Shown: positions 10,238 through 19,124 of the stretch, piece after piece
Layout of the letters: every line of letters begins with the position of its first letter
How positions within the stretch are numbered: the stretch's first letter is position 1
Assembly: GCA_964012805.1 (NCBI GenBank)
Contig: CAXGUD010000005.1
Span: 78,325-142,324, forward strand
Direction of reading: 5' to 3'
DNA from: an uncultured Bacteriovoracaceae bacterium
GTDB lineage: Bacteria; Bdellovibrionota; Bacteriovoracia; Bacteriovoracales; Bacteriovoracaceae
DNA: 64,000 bases
The notes under the pieces: generated by a model
What the model was told of the DNA's origin: nothing
Databases searched by the model: none
Seen by the model: the letters and a program-made list of their open reading frames with translations, nothing else
Position numbers and translations under genes: made by a program

Positions 10238-10286
10238 CCTATCTTCTTAATGTAGCCCTTTTTAAGTATTTACCTATTATAAAGTC

Positions 10287-11522
10287 TTGAGAGCCATGAT
10301 CAAAAACGTATTTTGCTTTTATTTAGTTATTTCTCCAGGTTTAGAGGAAATTTCTTTAAATGAAATTGAAAATAAATGGGTTGTTTTTTTTCCTGACGAG
10401 AAAATTCCTGAAATTAAAACGGTTGTTGGAGGCTTAGAAGTCGACATTTCATTAGAAAAGGGAGTTCTTTTAAACCAAATACTCAAAATACCAACCAGAG
10501 TTTTATTAAGGCTCAAGGAATTTAAGTGTAGGGATTTACCAAAACTATACAACAAAATAAAAAATATTGACTGGTCACCCTTTCTAACAGAAGCTCCAAT
10601 TTCACTCAAAATATCTTGTCACCAATCAAGACTTTTCCATACTAATAAAATTGAATTAACTGTTGCAAAAGCATTCCAAGTATATTTCAAAGGTTTCCCA
10701 GCCAAAAAGAAATATATTGAAAATGCAAAAAAGTTCCACCCAACAGCTCTCTACATTAGGTTTGATAATGACATTTGCACTTTGAGTATAGATACATCGG
10801 GAGAGCCACTCTACAAAAGGTCAAAAAGACCATTTAACGGTAAAGCTCCGATAAGAGAAAATTATGGAGCAGCTCTTTGCTTTTCGTTAAAAAAAGAAAT
10901 TGAACTAATTAGCAAATCCCAAAGCGCTACTAACTTTCACTTAATCGACCCGATGTGTGGAAGTGGAACTTTCCTTGTTGAGGCAAATAATTGGTTGAGA
11001 CCAAATCAGGAAAGAAATTTCTCTTACTTTTCCTACCCTTGCTTTAAACTTGCTCCTCCTTCCTTGTTTATTAAAAATCGTTCAAATGAAATATCACAAA
11101 ACAAAAGTTCTCTTTTTTTAACATCAAGTGGATATGAAGCGAACGCTACCATTCTTCAAAAAACAAAAGAAAATAACTTAAACTTTGAACCAGAGATTAA
11201 TATTTTAAAACACGATATTCTTTCAAGTGATAATATGAAGGACTTACCAAATGGTAATAAAGCCGTCATCTTTAACCCTCCCTACGGAAAGCGTATTAAA
11301 TTAAGTCAAAAACCCACATCGTATTACCCCTCTCTTTTTAAAAAAATAAAAGAAAAAATTAACCCAGAGTTTTTGGCCGTTGTTTTTCCCTTACCAGAAG
11401 ATGAAAAAGATAAAAACATAATTCTGAGTTCAATTAAACCCTATAAACTCGTAAAGAAAATTGCCTTCAAAAACGGAGGGATCCCAGTCTTTTTTATGAT
11501 TTTTTGTAGACAGCTGTCCTAA
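10287..11522 (+). CDS. THUMP-domain RNA m2G methyltransferase (RlmL-like)
   Basis: SIDTSGEPLYKR, APIREN, DPMCGSGTF and NPPYG motifs. Start may be the ATG at 10296. Confidence 0.85.
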   Translation: MRAMIKNVFCFYLVISPGLEEISLNEIENKWVVFFPDEKIPEIKTVVGGLEVDISLEKGVLLNQILKIPTRVLLRLKEFKCRDLPKLYNKIKNIDWSPFLTEAPISLKISCHQSRLFHTNKIELTVAKAFQVYFKGFPAKKKYIENAKKFHPTALYIRFDNDICTLSIDTSGEPLYKRSKRPFNGKAPIRENYGAALCFSLKKEIELISKSQSATNFHLIDPMCGSGTFLVEANNWLRPNQERNFSYFSYPCFKLAPPSLFIKNRSNEISQNKSSLFLTSSGYEANATILQKTKENNLNFEPEINILKHDILSSDNMKDLPNGNKAVIFNPPYGKRIKLSQKPTSYYPSLFKKIKEKINPEFLAVVFPLPEDEKDKNIILSSIKPYKLVKKIAFKNGGIPVFFMIFCRQLS

Positions 11523-12672
11523 CACTTAGAGCACTTATATGAGGGACAAAAACAACTTCTCCATGAGTTCCCATTTCTACATCTTCTAATAAAGCGTTTC
11601 TTAAAAAATAGGCCTTTTGAGTTTTGACTTTACCTTCAGGAGTTTTAAACTCTAATTCATCGTTAAGACTTACATTTTCTTTTGGGTTTTTTAACAGGAC
11701 GGCAACATAATTTTTTTTAACAACTTCAACAACTTCACCCAAGTAGTTTTCATCCTTTCTTTGAATTCTATGGTTTTTAAGCTTTTTAAATAAAACATCA
11801 CTTTTATTAGCTTTAAAAAAACCTTGAATACACTTTTGAGAAAAGTAATCTTTTACGTTGGACAAATTAATTCCACTTCTCAAAATTGGACCGACTTTTT
11901 CAAGTAAAGGGATGCATTCTTCTCCTCTTAAATCAAATCTTAAAAAATTAAGACCCATTCCTTTTAACTCGGAAGCATGTTCTAAAAGATTATGTCCTTT
12001 TGGATGGTACATAAAAGTGCCATGTCTATTCTCTATTATAGGAAAGTCTTTATGGGGGGTTTCGGAACTTGCACCTGTAACTTCAATAAACTCTTCCTTT
12101 AAGCTAAAAGATGGGCTTAAAAGATTTCTAGGAGTATAAAAAAGCAAGATCCTACCTAGTCCTAAAAGTTCTGTTTCACAGGGTATTTTTGATAAAAATA
12201 ATTGAAGTGTTTTTTTTGGCAATTCTAAGGATAAAACGATCCGCTTTAATTGTACTCCCAAATGCCCTATCCACCCTGATATTGATTCAAAATTATGGTG
12301 TCCAGTTTCTAATATTAGATGAATAGGTATATCGGGGTATTTAGATTTTAAAAACTCCACAGCTCCGGGATCTTGAACCCTTATTGCAGAAAATATTTCC
12401 AAAGGCACATCTTTCAAATATAATTCAACCTTCTGAAATATATTTTCAGTCATTAAAATATCCCAACTAAGTATCGGGCTCAAACCAGATTTAACCGCAA
12501 TCCTGGCCAATCTTATTAATTCATCTAATTTAAGCCTCCCCATTCTAGAGAGCTCTCTTGGCTCTAAAATGACTTCTTTAAAACCTGCTTTTTTAAAAGG
12601 AAGAATTTGATCTTCACTTTCCAAATAGGTGTTCATCGAGGGTAAAGTATTTTTTGCCTCTTTAATAATCAC
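11494..12672 (-). CDS. Peptidase U32 family protein, divergent subunit (TrhP1/YrrN-like)
   Basis: VQDPG, RIVLSLEL and LFYTPRNLL resemble U32 motifs, but the Fe-S Cys motif is absent. Overlaps the upstream U32 gene by 4 nt. Confidence 0.7.
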   Translation of the reverse strand: MIIKEAKNTLPSMNTYLESEDQILPFKKAGFKEVILEPRELSRMGRLKLDELIRLARIAVKSGLSPILSWDILMTENIFQKVELYLKDVPLEIFSAIRVQDPGAVEFLKSKYPDIPIHLILETGHHNFESISGWIGHLGVQLKRIVLSLELPKKTLQLFLSKIPCETELLGLGRILLFYTPRNLLSPSFSLKEEFIEVTGASSETPHKDFPIIENRHGTFMYHPKGHNLLEHASELKGMGLNFLRFDLRGEECIPLLEKVGPILRSGINLSNVKDYFSQKCIQGFFKANKSDVLFKKLKNHRIQRKDENYLGEVVEVVKKNYVAVLLKNPKENVSLNDELEFKTPEGKVKTQKAYFLRNALLEDVEMGTHGEVVFVPHISALSVRTAVYKKS

Positions 12673-13877
12673 TGCTCAATCCTCTTTCTGATAATATTCC
12701 ATTTTTTAACTCCTTCAAAAAGAGGAAGCTTAACGAGAAGACCTGGCTTTGTTTTTTCAAATTTTTCGCCTGCGACATTCTCTAAGCTCTCAGTTTTAAA
12801 AGTAATCGGTTCTCCCTCAAAAGGTAGTATTTCGAGCTCTTCCCCAGAAGAAAAGGAGCTTCTCACCTCTACAAGCATAAAATTTTCGTGAATGACTTGA
12901 AGAACAAGCCCTACAATTACAAACTCTTTTTCCTCAGTTTCCCTTTCAGAGTAAATAGAGTCTACACCTGCTTTCTCTACAAGGTTCCCCTCGTGATATT
13001 CCCGATGAGTAACTTTATTAAGTTCTTCTTTCCAAGAATAAAGATCCTCACTTAAAAAATGACCATTCTTGGAAAAGTAACTCAAAGCTTCTGAATAGAC
13101 TTTTGAAGTCGTACCAGCATAAAGATGACTTTTCATTCTCCCTTCAATCTTTAGAGAGTCGATTCCATAGCGAATAAAATCAGGTAAAACACTTATCCCT
13201 TTCAAATCTTTTGAACTCATAAAAAAGGATTTAAGCTCTTTCTTAACTCCCGAATTTTCCTTACCTTCAAGAGTATACTCAAAACGGCAACTATGAGCAC
13301 AGCCACCTCTATTTGAATCCCTCCCAGAAGTGTAATTAGAAATAACGCAGTTACCCGAGTAGGCCATACACATGGAACCATGGATAAAAAGCTCTACCTC
13401 CAGTCCGGTTTCCTTTTTAATGAGGCTTGCCTCTTCTAAAGACACTTCTCTTCCAAGTACGATTCTTTGAACCCCCATCTTTTTCCAAAAACGTGCTGAT
13501 TGAATATTTAAGCAAGAAGCTTGAGTTGATAGGTGAATAGGTATATTGCTTACATTACGAACTGTCCTAACAACACCCAAATCAGAAACAATAACAGCGT
13601 CAACGCTAATTTCCTCCAAAAAACTTACGAAAGCAGGAAGCTCGTCTAAATCTTGATCATGTAAAAAACTATTTAAAACAACAAAAACTTTAGCATTATT
13701 TTCGTGAGCAAAGCTAACGCCCTCTTCTAACTCTTGATAAGTTAAATTATCTGCAGCTGAGCGAAGACCAAATTTTTGACCGCCACAATAAACAGCATCG
13801 GCTCCATAAGATATAGAAACCTTGAGTTTTTCAAGACTTCCGGCTGGAGACAATAATTCAGGTACCCAATGACTCAT
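12669..13877 (-). CDS. trhP: Peptidase U32 family tRNA hydroxylase (TrhP/YegQ/YrrO-like)
   Basis: PELLSPAG, YGADAVY, HLSTQA, HGSMCMAYSGNC...NRGGCAHSCR (four Cys) and SLKIEGRMK motifs. Confidence 0.85.
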   Translation of the reverse strand: MSHWVPELLSPAGSLEKLKVSISYGADAVYCGGQKFGLRSAADNLTYQELEEGVSFAHENNAKVFVVLNSFLHDQDLDELPAFVSFLEEISVDAVIVSDLGVVRTVRNVSNIPIHLSTQASCLNIQSARFWKKMGVQRIVLGREVSLEEASLIKKETGLEVELFIHGSMCMAYSGNCVISNYTSGRDSNRGGCAHSCRFEYTLEGKENSGVKKELKSFFMSSKDLKGISVLPDFIRYGIDSLKIEGRMKSHLYAGTTSKVYSEALSYFSKNGHFLSEDLYSWKEELNKVTHREYHEGNLVEKAGVDSIYSERETEEKEFVIVGLVLQVIHENFMLVEVRSSFSSGEELEILPFEGEPITFKTESLENVAGEKFEKTKPGLLVKLPLFEGVKKWNIIRKRIEQ

Positions 13878-14040
13878 CTTTTATTCACCTTCTTTGTCTG
13901 GAGACCTTTTTTTTTAAATATTCCCCTAGAAAATTGAAAGCTCGGTATATCACGCCACAAAATAGCCTGCAATCACTGCGTAAAATTAATTTGGAACCAT
14001 AGCAAAGGAAGCCCGCTGATAACGCGACACGCAATTAAAA

Positions 14041-14069
14041 TTGACGGGTTAGGACAATATTTCTAGAAT
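14041..14069 (+). promoter_or_regulatory. sigma70-type promoter, probably producing a leaderless mRNA
   Basis: TTGACG-17 nt-TAGAAT, ending 6 nt before ATG 14076. No SD in between. Confidence 0.65.
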
Positions 14070-14075
14070 TAAGAC

Positions 14076-15194
14076 ATGAAAAAATTTCTTCTCCTTTCCC
14101 TAACACTGTCAATAATTTTTGGTTTAAAAGTCTATAAAAAGTACGAGAAAAACCCTGTAAATATAACTCCTTACCCTTTTCACATTGTTGAAGACTATAA
14201 AAAACAAATTCCAATTGTTGAAAGGGCCTCAGTTGTCATTGTAGGCGATCAAATGGGACATAACCTCAATACTTATTTACCCTCTCTTATCAAAGATATC
14301 TCCAGCAATTTGGCAGAAGTCATTAAAGTCTTCAATTGGTCTCGAAAAAATGAGGGAATGCACCGCACACTTTCTAAAATAAAGTCCTTAAAAAACTTAC
14401 CAGAAATAATTATCTATCATGGAGGAAGCGAAGAATTTTTTGAAAAGACATTCTTTATTAAAGACAAAGAAACAATTCTGGCCAATTTTAAAAAACATTC
14501 TGATGAAAAAATTCTTTCCCTTATAATGGCCTTTCCAACTTTATCAAAGTTTATATATGAGCCAGTTACCACTATTGAGTTGGATCAGTGGAATAAAGAC
14601 AATGATGAGCTCGAAGGACAGGACAAACTTTCAAAAATGGAAATGACCTATAAGTTTTTCAGGTATCAACTCTGGGATATGGTTAATTACATAAAGGAAA
14701 AAAACTCGACACTGATTCTTCTTACAACTCCAATCAATTTAAAAATTCCTCCCAAAAAAGTATGTAAAGGTACCACTAATGCACTTTTAAACCTTGAGCT
14801 GGACAAGATTGAGAAAGAGATAAAAAATGAAAAGTTTAATATCGCCTTTCAAAAATTAGAACTTTTAAAGAAGAAAGTTTTAGGAAATTCAAAGGTCTTA
14901 TATTTCTCTGGTATTTCTACAGAAAAACTAGGCTTCCCAAAAACAGCAGAAAAAATACTACAAAAGTCTGCCGTTTTTGACTGCGGCACATGGAGAGGTA
15001 ACAAAATTTTTAATAATATTATTAGGGAAGCTTCCACAAAGCATGATCTTTTTCTAATCGACTTTGACAAAATAGTAAACTCTCAATTTGGAAAGGGTCC
15101 GCTTTTTATAGGAGATACATACCCTCAAACTTTTTTTTACAAAAAAGTCCTAGAAGAAATAAAGCAAATTATTAATCAAACATTGGAAATCTAA
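14076..15194 (+). CDS. Exported SGNH-fold-like protein with a TPR-like insert; catalytic residues degenerate
   Basis: Signal/anchor peptide, IVGDQMG (block I-like), YHGGSEE, LLTTPIN, N..IRE and IDFD..., and DTYP where DxxH is expected. Confidence 0.55.
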   Translation: MKKFLLLSLTLSIIFGLKVYKKYEKNPVNITPYPFHIVEDYKKQIPIVERASVVIVGDQMGHNLNTYLPSLIKDISSNLAEVIKVFNWSRKNEGMHRTLSKIKSLKNLPEIIIYHGGSEEFFEKTFFIKDKETILANFKKHSDEKILSLIMAFPTLSKFIYEPVTTIELDQWNKDNDELEGQDKLSKMEMTYKFFRYQLWDMVNYIKEKNSTLILLTTPINLKIPPKKVCKGTTNALLNLELDKIEKEIKNEKFNIAFQKLELLKKKVLGNSKVLYFSGISTEKLGFPKTAEKILQKSAVFDCGTWRGNKIFNNIIREASTKHDLFLIDFDKIVNSQFGKGPLFIGDTYPQTFFYKKVLEEIKQIINQTLEI

Positions 15195-15195
15195 T

Positions 15196-15642
15196 ATGGT
15201 CGAGAGAAAAAATATAAGCCTTAAAAAAGACTCTATAATTTTAGCGGAGGGAGATATTAACAGGGATCTTTTTTTAATAAATAAAGGAAAAGTTCTAGCT
15301 TTTGTAACAAGAAGAACAGAGGTTACTCCTGTCGCCTATTTTGGGGTAGGAGACTTTATAGGGGAGCTTTCTTTTTTCGATAAAAACCCAAGAAGTGCCA
15401 ATCTTGTTTGTCTCGAAGATACTGATTTCCAGGTTTACCCTTACGAAAAAAGTCTTAAACAGTTTCCCAAATGGAGTCTAACTCTAGCCGAATCAATTAC
15501 CAAAAAAATCCGTCATTACGACAATATTCTAAAAAACAAAGGTATAAGAAGAAAAAATGAAGAAGTCTTAAAACCTCTAAGCATTGAAACTCAGAGGCAC
15601 TACTTTAAACTTTTACAAGATTATAAGAATTCACAAGAATAA
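15196..15642 (+). CDS. Stand-alone cyclic nucleotide-binding domain protein
   Basis: EGD, GDFIGELSFFD..PRSA phosphate-binding cassette. No C-terminal HTH. Confidence 0.85.
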   Translation: MVERKNISLKKDSIILAEGDINRDLFLINKGKVLAFVTRRTEVTPVAYFGVGDFIGELSFFDKNPRSANLVCLEDTDFQVYPYEKSLKQFPKWSLTLAESITKKIRHYDNILKNKGIRRKNEEVLKPLSIETQRHYFKLLQDYKNSQE

Positions 15643-15673
15643 GAGTTTAGACGAATATCTTAGTCTAAACTCT
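15642..15673. terminator. Hairpin between convergent genes
   Basis: AGAGTTTAGAC-10 nt-GTCTAAACTCT (11-bp stem). Confidence 0.55.
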
Positions 15674-15703
15674 CTTCCACATAGGCATCAAAAAATGTTT
15701 TTC

Positions 15704-16693
15704 TTAAATAAGGCCCATTTCTTTTACAGAGTCTCTTTCTTTTTTAAGTTCCTCATGAGTCGTATTAAACTTATCTTGCCCAAACTCTCCATGAGTAACA
15801 CCTTCAACTACCTTTAAAATGCCATTTTCTGTCCGGCAAGGATAAGAAAAGATTAGACCTTCTTCAACACCGTATTGACCAGAGGATGGAATGCACATGG
15901 AGTAGGTCTCTCCTTCTGGAGTGTCGTGAGTTAGGTTATATATTCCTTGAACAATGGCATTTGCTGCAGAAGCAGCTGAGGAAGCTCCTCTTGCTTTAAT
16001 AATGGCAGCCCCTCTTTTTTGAACAGTTGTTATAAAATCACCTTTTAGCCATTCATGATCGGTAATAACGTCAGGAGCAGGCTTACCGTCTATTTTTGCA
16101 TTATAGAAGTCTGGGTACTGAGTTGCAGAATGGTTCCCCCAAATAGTCATATTTGATATGGAAGTTACATCTACTCCAGCTTTTTGTGCCAATTGAGTTC
16201 TAGCTCTTAATTCGTCTAGCATTGTCATAGCATAGAATCTTTCCTTAGAAAGCCCAGATGCTGCGTGCATTGCAATCAAGCAATTCGTATTACAAGGGTT
16301 CCCCACAACAAAAACTTTACAGTCCTCAGCTCCATGATCTTTGATGGCCTTTCCTTGACCTGTAAAGATTCCCCCATTTATTTTAAGAAGGTCGGCCCTC
16401 TCCATCCCATCTTTTCTAGGCACAGCACCCACTAAAATGGCCCAATTAACACCATTCATGGCCTCTTCCAACTTATCCGTACAAACAATTTTTTTCAAAA
16501 GAGGAAAAGCACAATCATCTAGCTCCATTGCTACTCCTTGCAACGCAGAAAGCGCTTGAGGGAGCTCAAGAAGCTGGAGTTCAACCTCGGTATCAGGGCC
16601 AAACATTTGTCCTGAAGCAATTCTAAAAACAAGGGCGTACCCGATCTGTCCTGCTGCACCGGTTATTGCGACTTTAACTCTTTGTTTTGTCAT
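15704..16693 (-). CDS. mdh: Malate dehydrogenase (type 2)
   Basis: [43 protein letters not shown] and [10 protein letters not shown] motifs. Confidence 0.96.
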   Translation of the reverse strand: MTKQRVKVAITGAAGQIGYALVFRIASGQMFGPDTEVELQLLELPQALSALQGVAMELDDCAFPLLKKIVCTDKLEEAMNGVNWAILVGAVPRKDGMERADLLKINGGIFTGQGKAIKDHGAEDCKVFVVGNPCNTNCLIAMHAASGLSKERFYAMTMLDELRARTQLAQKAGVDVTSISNMTIWGNHSATQYPDFYNAKIDGKPAPDVITDHEWLKGDFITTVQKRGAAIIKARGASSAASAANAIVQGIYNLTHDTPEGETYSMCIPSSGQYGVEEGLIFSYPCRTENGILKVVEGVTHGEFGQDKFNTTHEELKKERDSVKEMGLI

Positions 16694-16907
16694 AAGAACT
16701 CCTCTATGTTTTTAAATTCTAAGCAACAATTTCTATTATTTTTCACGATGGACTATAACTATTTGAATTCCTTTTGGGTAGTCTGACCGTGTTAGTCAAT
16801 ATGCTTACACACCCTATGAGAGACAATTCCATCGACAATACCTGAAAAGAAAGTTACTTATTTAGGCTTAAAGCAAAAAACTTACCATTGTTCCTAAAGG
16901 AAACTTT

Positions 16908-17534
16908 ATGAATCATTCAAAAGGTGGTCCTCAAAAAAGAAGTCCATCGAACCGACAAGGCCCTTCCTCATCTAGAAATAGAAACCAGAGGAAGCGTTAT
17001 AATCAAAATAGATCTGAAAATGAAAGATCGGAAAAAAAGGGCGACTCCTATAAGAATCGAAGAGGACAAAAGCCCTACTCCAAAGGTGGTAACTACCGCT
17101 CCCAGCAGTCCAGGCTATCGCCTTTGGATTCACTTATAAAAAGATATGGAAAACTACTTGACCTACACTTAGCTGCAAGAAAAAAGCATCATGACCTCTT
17201 CTACAAAGCTGACCCACAGCAAAAGGCAAAATTAGAAAAAAATTACTACTATACTTTAGACAATCTTAGAAAATTTGAGGAAGCCTTAAAGCCTGAGGAC
17301 AAGGAGTTGTTTCACAAAAATTTTAAAGAGCTAAGCCCCGATCAAACGTACTCTGTGAATCGCAACTTACCATTGCAAGATGAACAACCTTCTCCAAGAG
17401 AACAAGAGGCTGAAGAACCTTCTCCAGTTGAAGATCCACATTTATTAATTAGCCAAACCCAAGAATCATTTACTCACGATACTGAAGAAAGTGTTGGTTC
17501 AATGGAAGACTACAAGAGGCTAAAAGGTCTTTAA
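16908..17534 (+). CDS. Hypothetical protein with basic low-complexity N-terminus
   Basis: AAGGA SD, R/N/S/Q/K-rich first ~70 aa, helical middle, acidic tail. Confidence 0.75.
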   Translation: MNHSKGGPQKRSPSNRQGPSSSRNRNQRKRYNQNRSENERSEKKGDSYKNRRGQKPYSKGGNYRSQQSRLSPLDSLIKRYGKLLDLHLAARKKHHDLFYKADPQQKAKLEKNYYYTLDNLRKFEEALKPEDKELFHKNFKELSPDQTYSVNRNLPLQDEQPSPREQEAEEPSPVEDPHLLISQTQESFTHDTEESVGSMEDYKRLKGL

Positions 17535-17628
17535 ACTTATCCTACAATTCATGTGTATATTAGGTCTTAAACCCTCATTAAAAATGAAAAGTTCTTCTTG
17601 AGATACAAAATAGTAAAAAAAGAAGAGC

Positions 17629-18012
17629 TTAGTAGGCCCCCTTTTTGAGCTCGGGTTGACCCAGAAAAGAAGGCGTTGAAGTATTGATCTCTTTCACTTC
17701 CTCATGCTTCTCAGCTTGAGCGCTGCTTCTAACCTGTTCTGTTGAGACTTTTCTTATGTTTAGGTAATTTTCCAAGGTCTTTCCGTGATCATCAAGAATA
17801 GCTTTCTTTAAATCCTCTTTTGGCACACCTAAAACCTCTGATACCCTTCTTAACATCTTAAGGGGTATATTACATAAACCTCTTTCAACATTACTTATAA
17901 ACTGACCATTTTTGTAGCCTAAAAGGTGAGAGAGCTCAGATTGAGAATAACCTTTTGGGTGAGCCAGTCTTTTTGCTTTTATTAACTTAGCTATACTTTT
18001 AAAACAGCGGAT
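17629..18012 (-). CDS. XRE-family HTH transcriptional regulator (127 aa), apparent ATC start
   Basis: The frame of the 75-aa called ORF stays open upstream: IRCFKSIAKLIKAKRLAHPKGYSQSELSHLLGYKNGQFISNVERGLCNIPLKML. SQSEL..LG....FISNVERG is a Cro/C1 HTH. SD AAGGAG at 18024-18019 lies 6 nt before ATC 18012. Confidence 0.8.
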   Translation of the reverse strand: MRCFKSIAKLIKAKRLAHPKGYSQSELSHLLGYKNGQFISNVERGLCNIPLKMLRRVSEVLGVPKEDLKKAILDDHGKTLENYLNIRKVSTEQVRSSAQAEKHEEVKEINTSTPSFLGQPELKKGAY

Positions 18013-18309
18013 AACCTTCTCCTTGTTAAAATAATCTATTCAGTGTCCCGACTAAAAAGCCTCTTCCATGGTTTATGAGATCCTGCTTCTAAAGCACAAC
18101 CCTTCCTGAAAGTAGCTTACAATCGATACTTCGGCGTAAATCAAAAAAAGTTTAAGCTAAAATTGATAATTGTTTGAAATTAGTTTTTGGAGCACTTGAG
18201 TTGATAACCATCAGTTTTTTAAGATGCTTTTAGCAAATAAAAATGTTTTCAAAACCGTTTGTAATCGAATAGAGTCCACTATCACTCAAAAAGTAAAAAT
18301 GGTTAAATA

Positions 18310-19104
18310 ATGAAGTTAAAAAAATTAAAAATTGCGTCATGGAACGTTAATGGAATTAGGGCCTGTACAAAGAAAGGTTTCATCGAGTGGCTTAATAATG
18401 AATCACCTGATATCTGTTGTCTTCAGGAAACAAAAAGCCAAGAAAACCAAGTTCCAATAGAAATTAAAGAAAACCCTCATTATTATAATTTTTACTCAAG
18501 CGCAGAGAAAAAAGGCTATTCGGGTGTTGGACTTTTATGTTCGAAGGATCTTCCCGAGCCAAAAATAACTGAAGGAATAGGCGATGAAAAATTTGATATA
18601 GAAGGAAGGACTCTCATTGCTGACTTTAATTCCTTTTTTCTCATAAATGGTTACTTTCCAAATGGTCAGAGAGATCATAATCGTGTTCCGTTTAAATTAG
18701 AGTACAGCAGACTAGTTGAAAAAAAAGCCACTGAACTAAGAAAAAAGCATAAAAAACCAGTTATTATTTTAGGAGACTTTAATACTGCTCATAAAGCTAT
18801 CGATTTAAAAAACCCTAAAACCAACCTTAAAACAACAGGCTTTCTCCCAATTGAAAGAGACTGGATGGATGAATTTGTTAAAAAAGGATATATAGATATT
18901 TTTAGAGAGCTTCACCCTGATGAAGAAGGGCATTATACTTGGTGGACCTACCGCGGTGATTGCAGAGAAAGAAATATTGGTTGGAGAATTGACTACTTTT
19001 TTATCACAGAGGAAGTTAGGCCATGGGTAAAAAACTGTTATCACCAACCTCTCACAATGGGCTCCGATCACTGCCCACTCTTTTTAGAGCTCGAAATCCC
19101 ATAG
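18310..19104 (+). CDS. xth: Exodeoxyribonuclease III / AP endonuclease
   Basis: SWNVNGIRA, LQETK, GYSGV, YFPNG, GDFNTAH, GWRIDY and GSDHCP motifs. Confidence 0.95.
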   Translation: MKLKKLKIASWNVNGIRACTKKGFIEWLNNESPDICCLQETKSQENQVPIEIKENPHYYNFYSSAEKKGYSGVGLLCSKDLPEPKITEGIGDEKFDIEGRTLIADFNSFFLINGYFPNGQRDHNRVPFKLEYSRLVEKKATELRKKHKKPVIILGDFNTAHKAIDLKNPKTNLKTTGFLPIERDWMDEFVKKGYIDIFRELHPDEEGHYTWWTYRGDCRERNIGWRIDYFFITEEVRPWVKNCYHQPLTMGSDHCPLFLELEIP

Positions 19105-19124
19105 GAAACTTAACACGGAGGTGT

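Noticed and set aside
17629..17856. 75-aa ORF as called in the track
   Set aside because: It is only the C-terminal part of an XRE protein whose HTH lies upstream in the same frame.
18052..18069. In-frame upstream ATG (MEEAF*) as the start of the XRE gene, or a leader peptide
   Set aside because: It is separated from the gene by two in-frame stops and has no clear SD. Nothing supports readthrough or attenuation.
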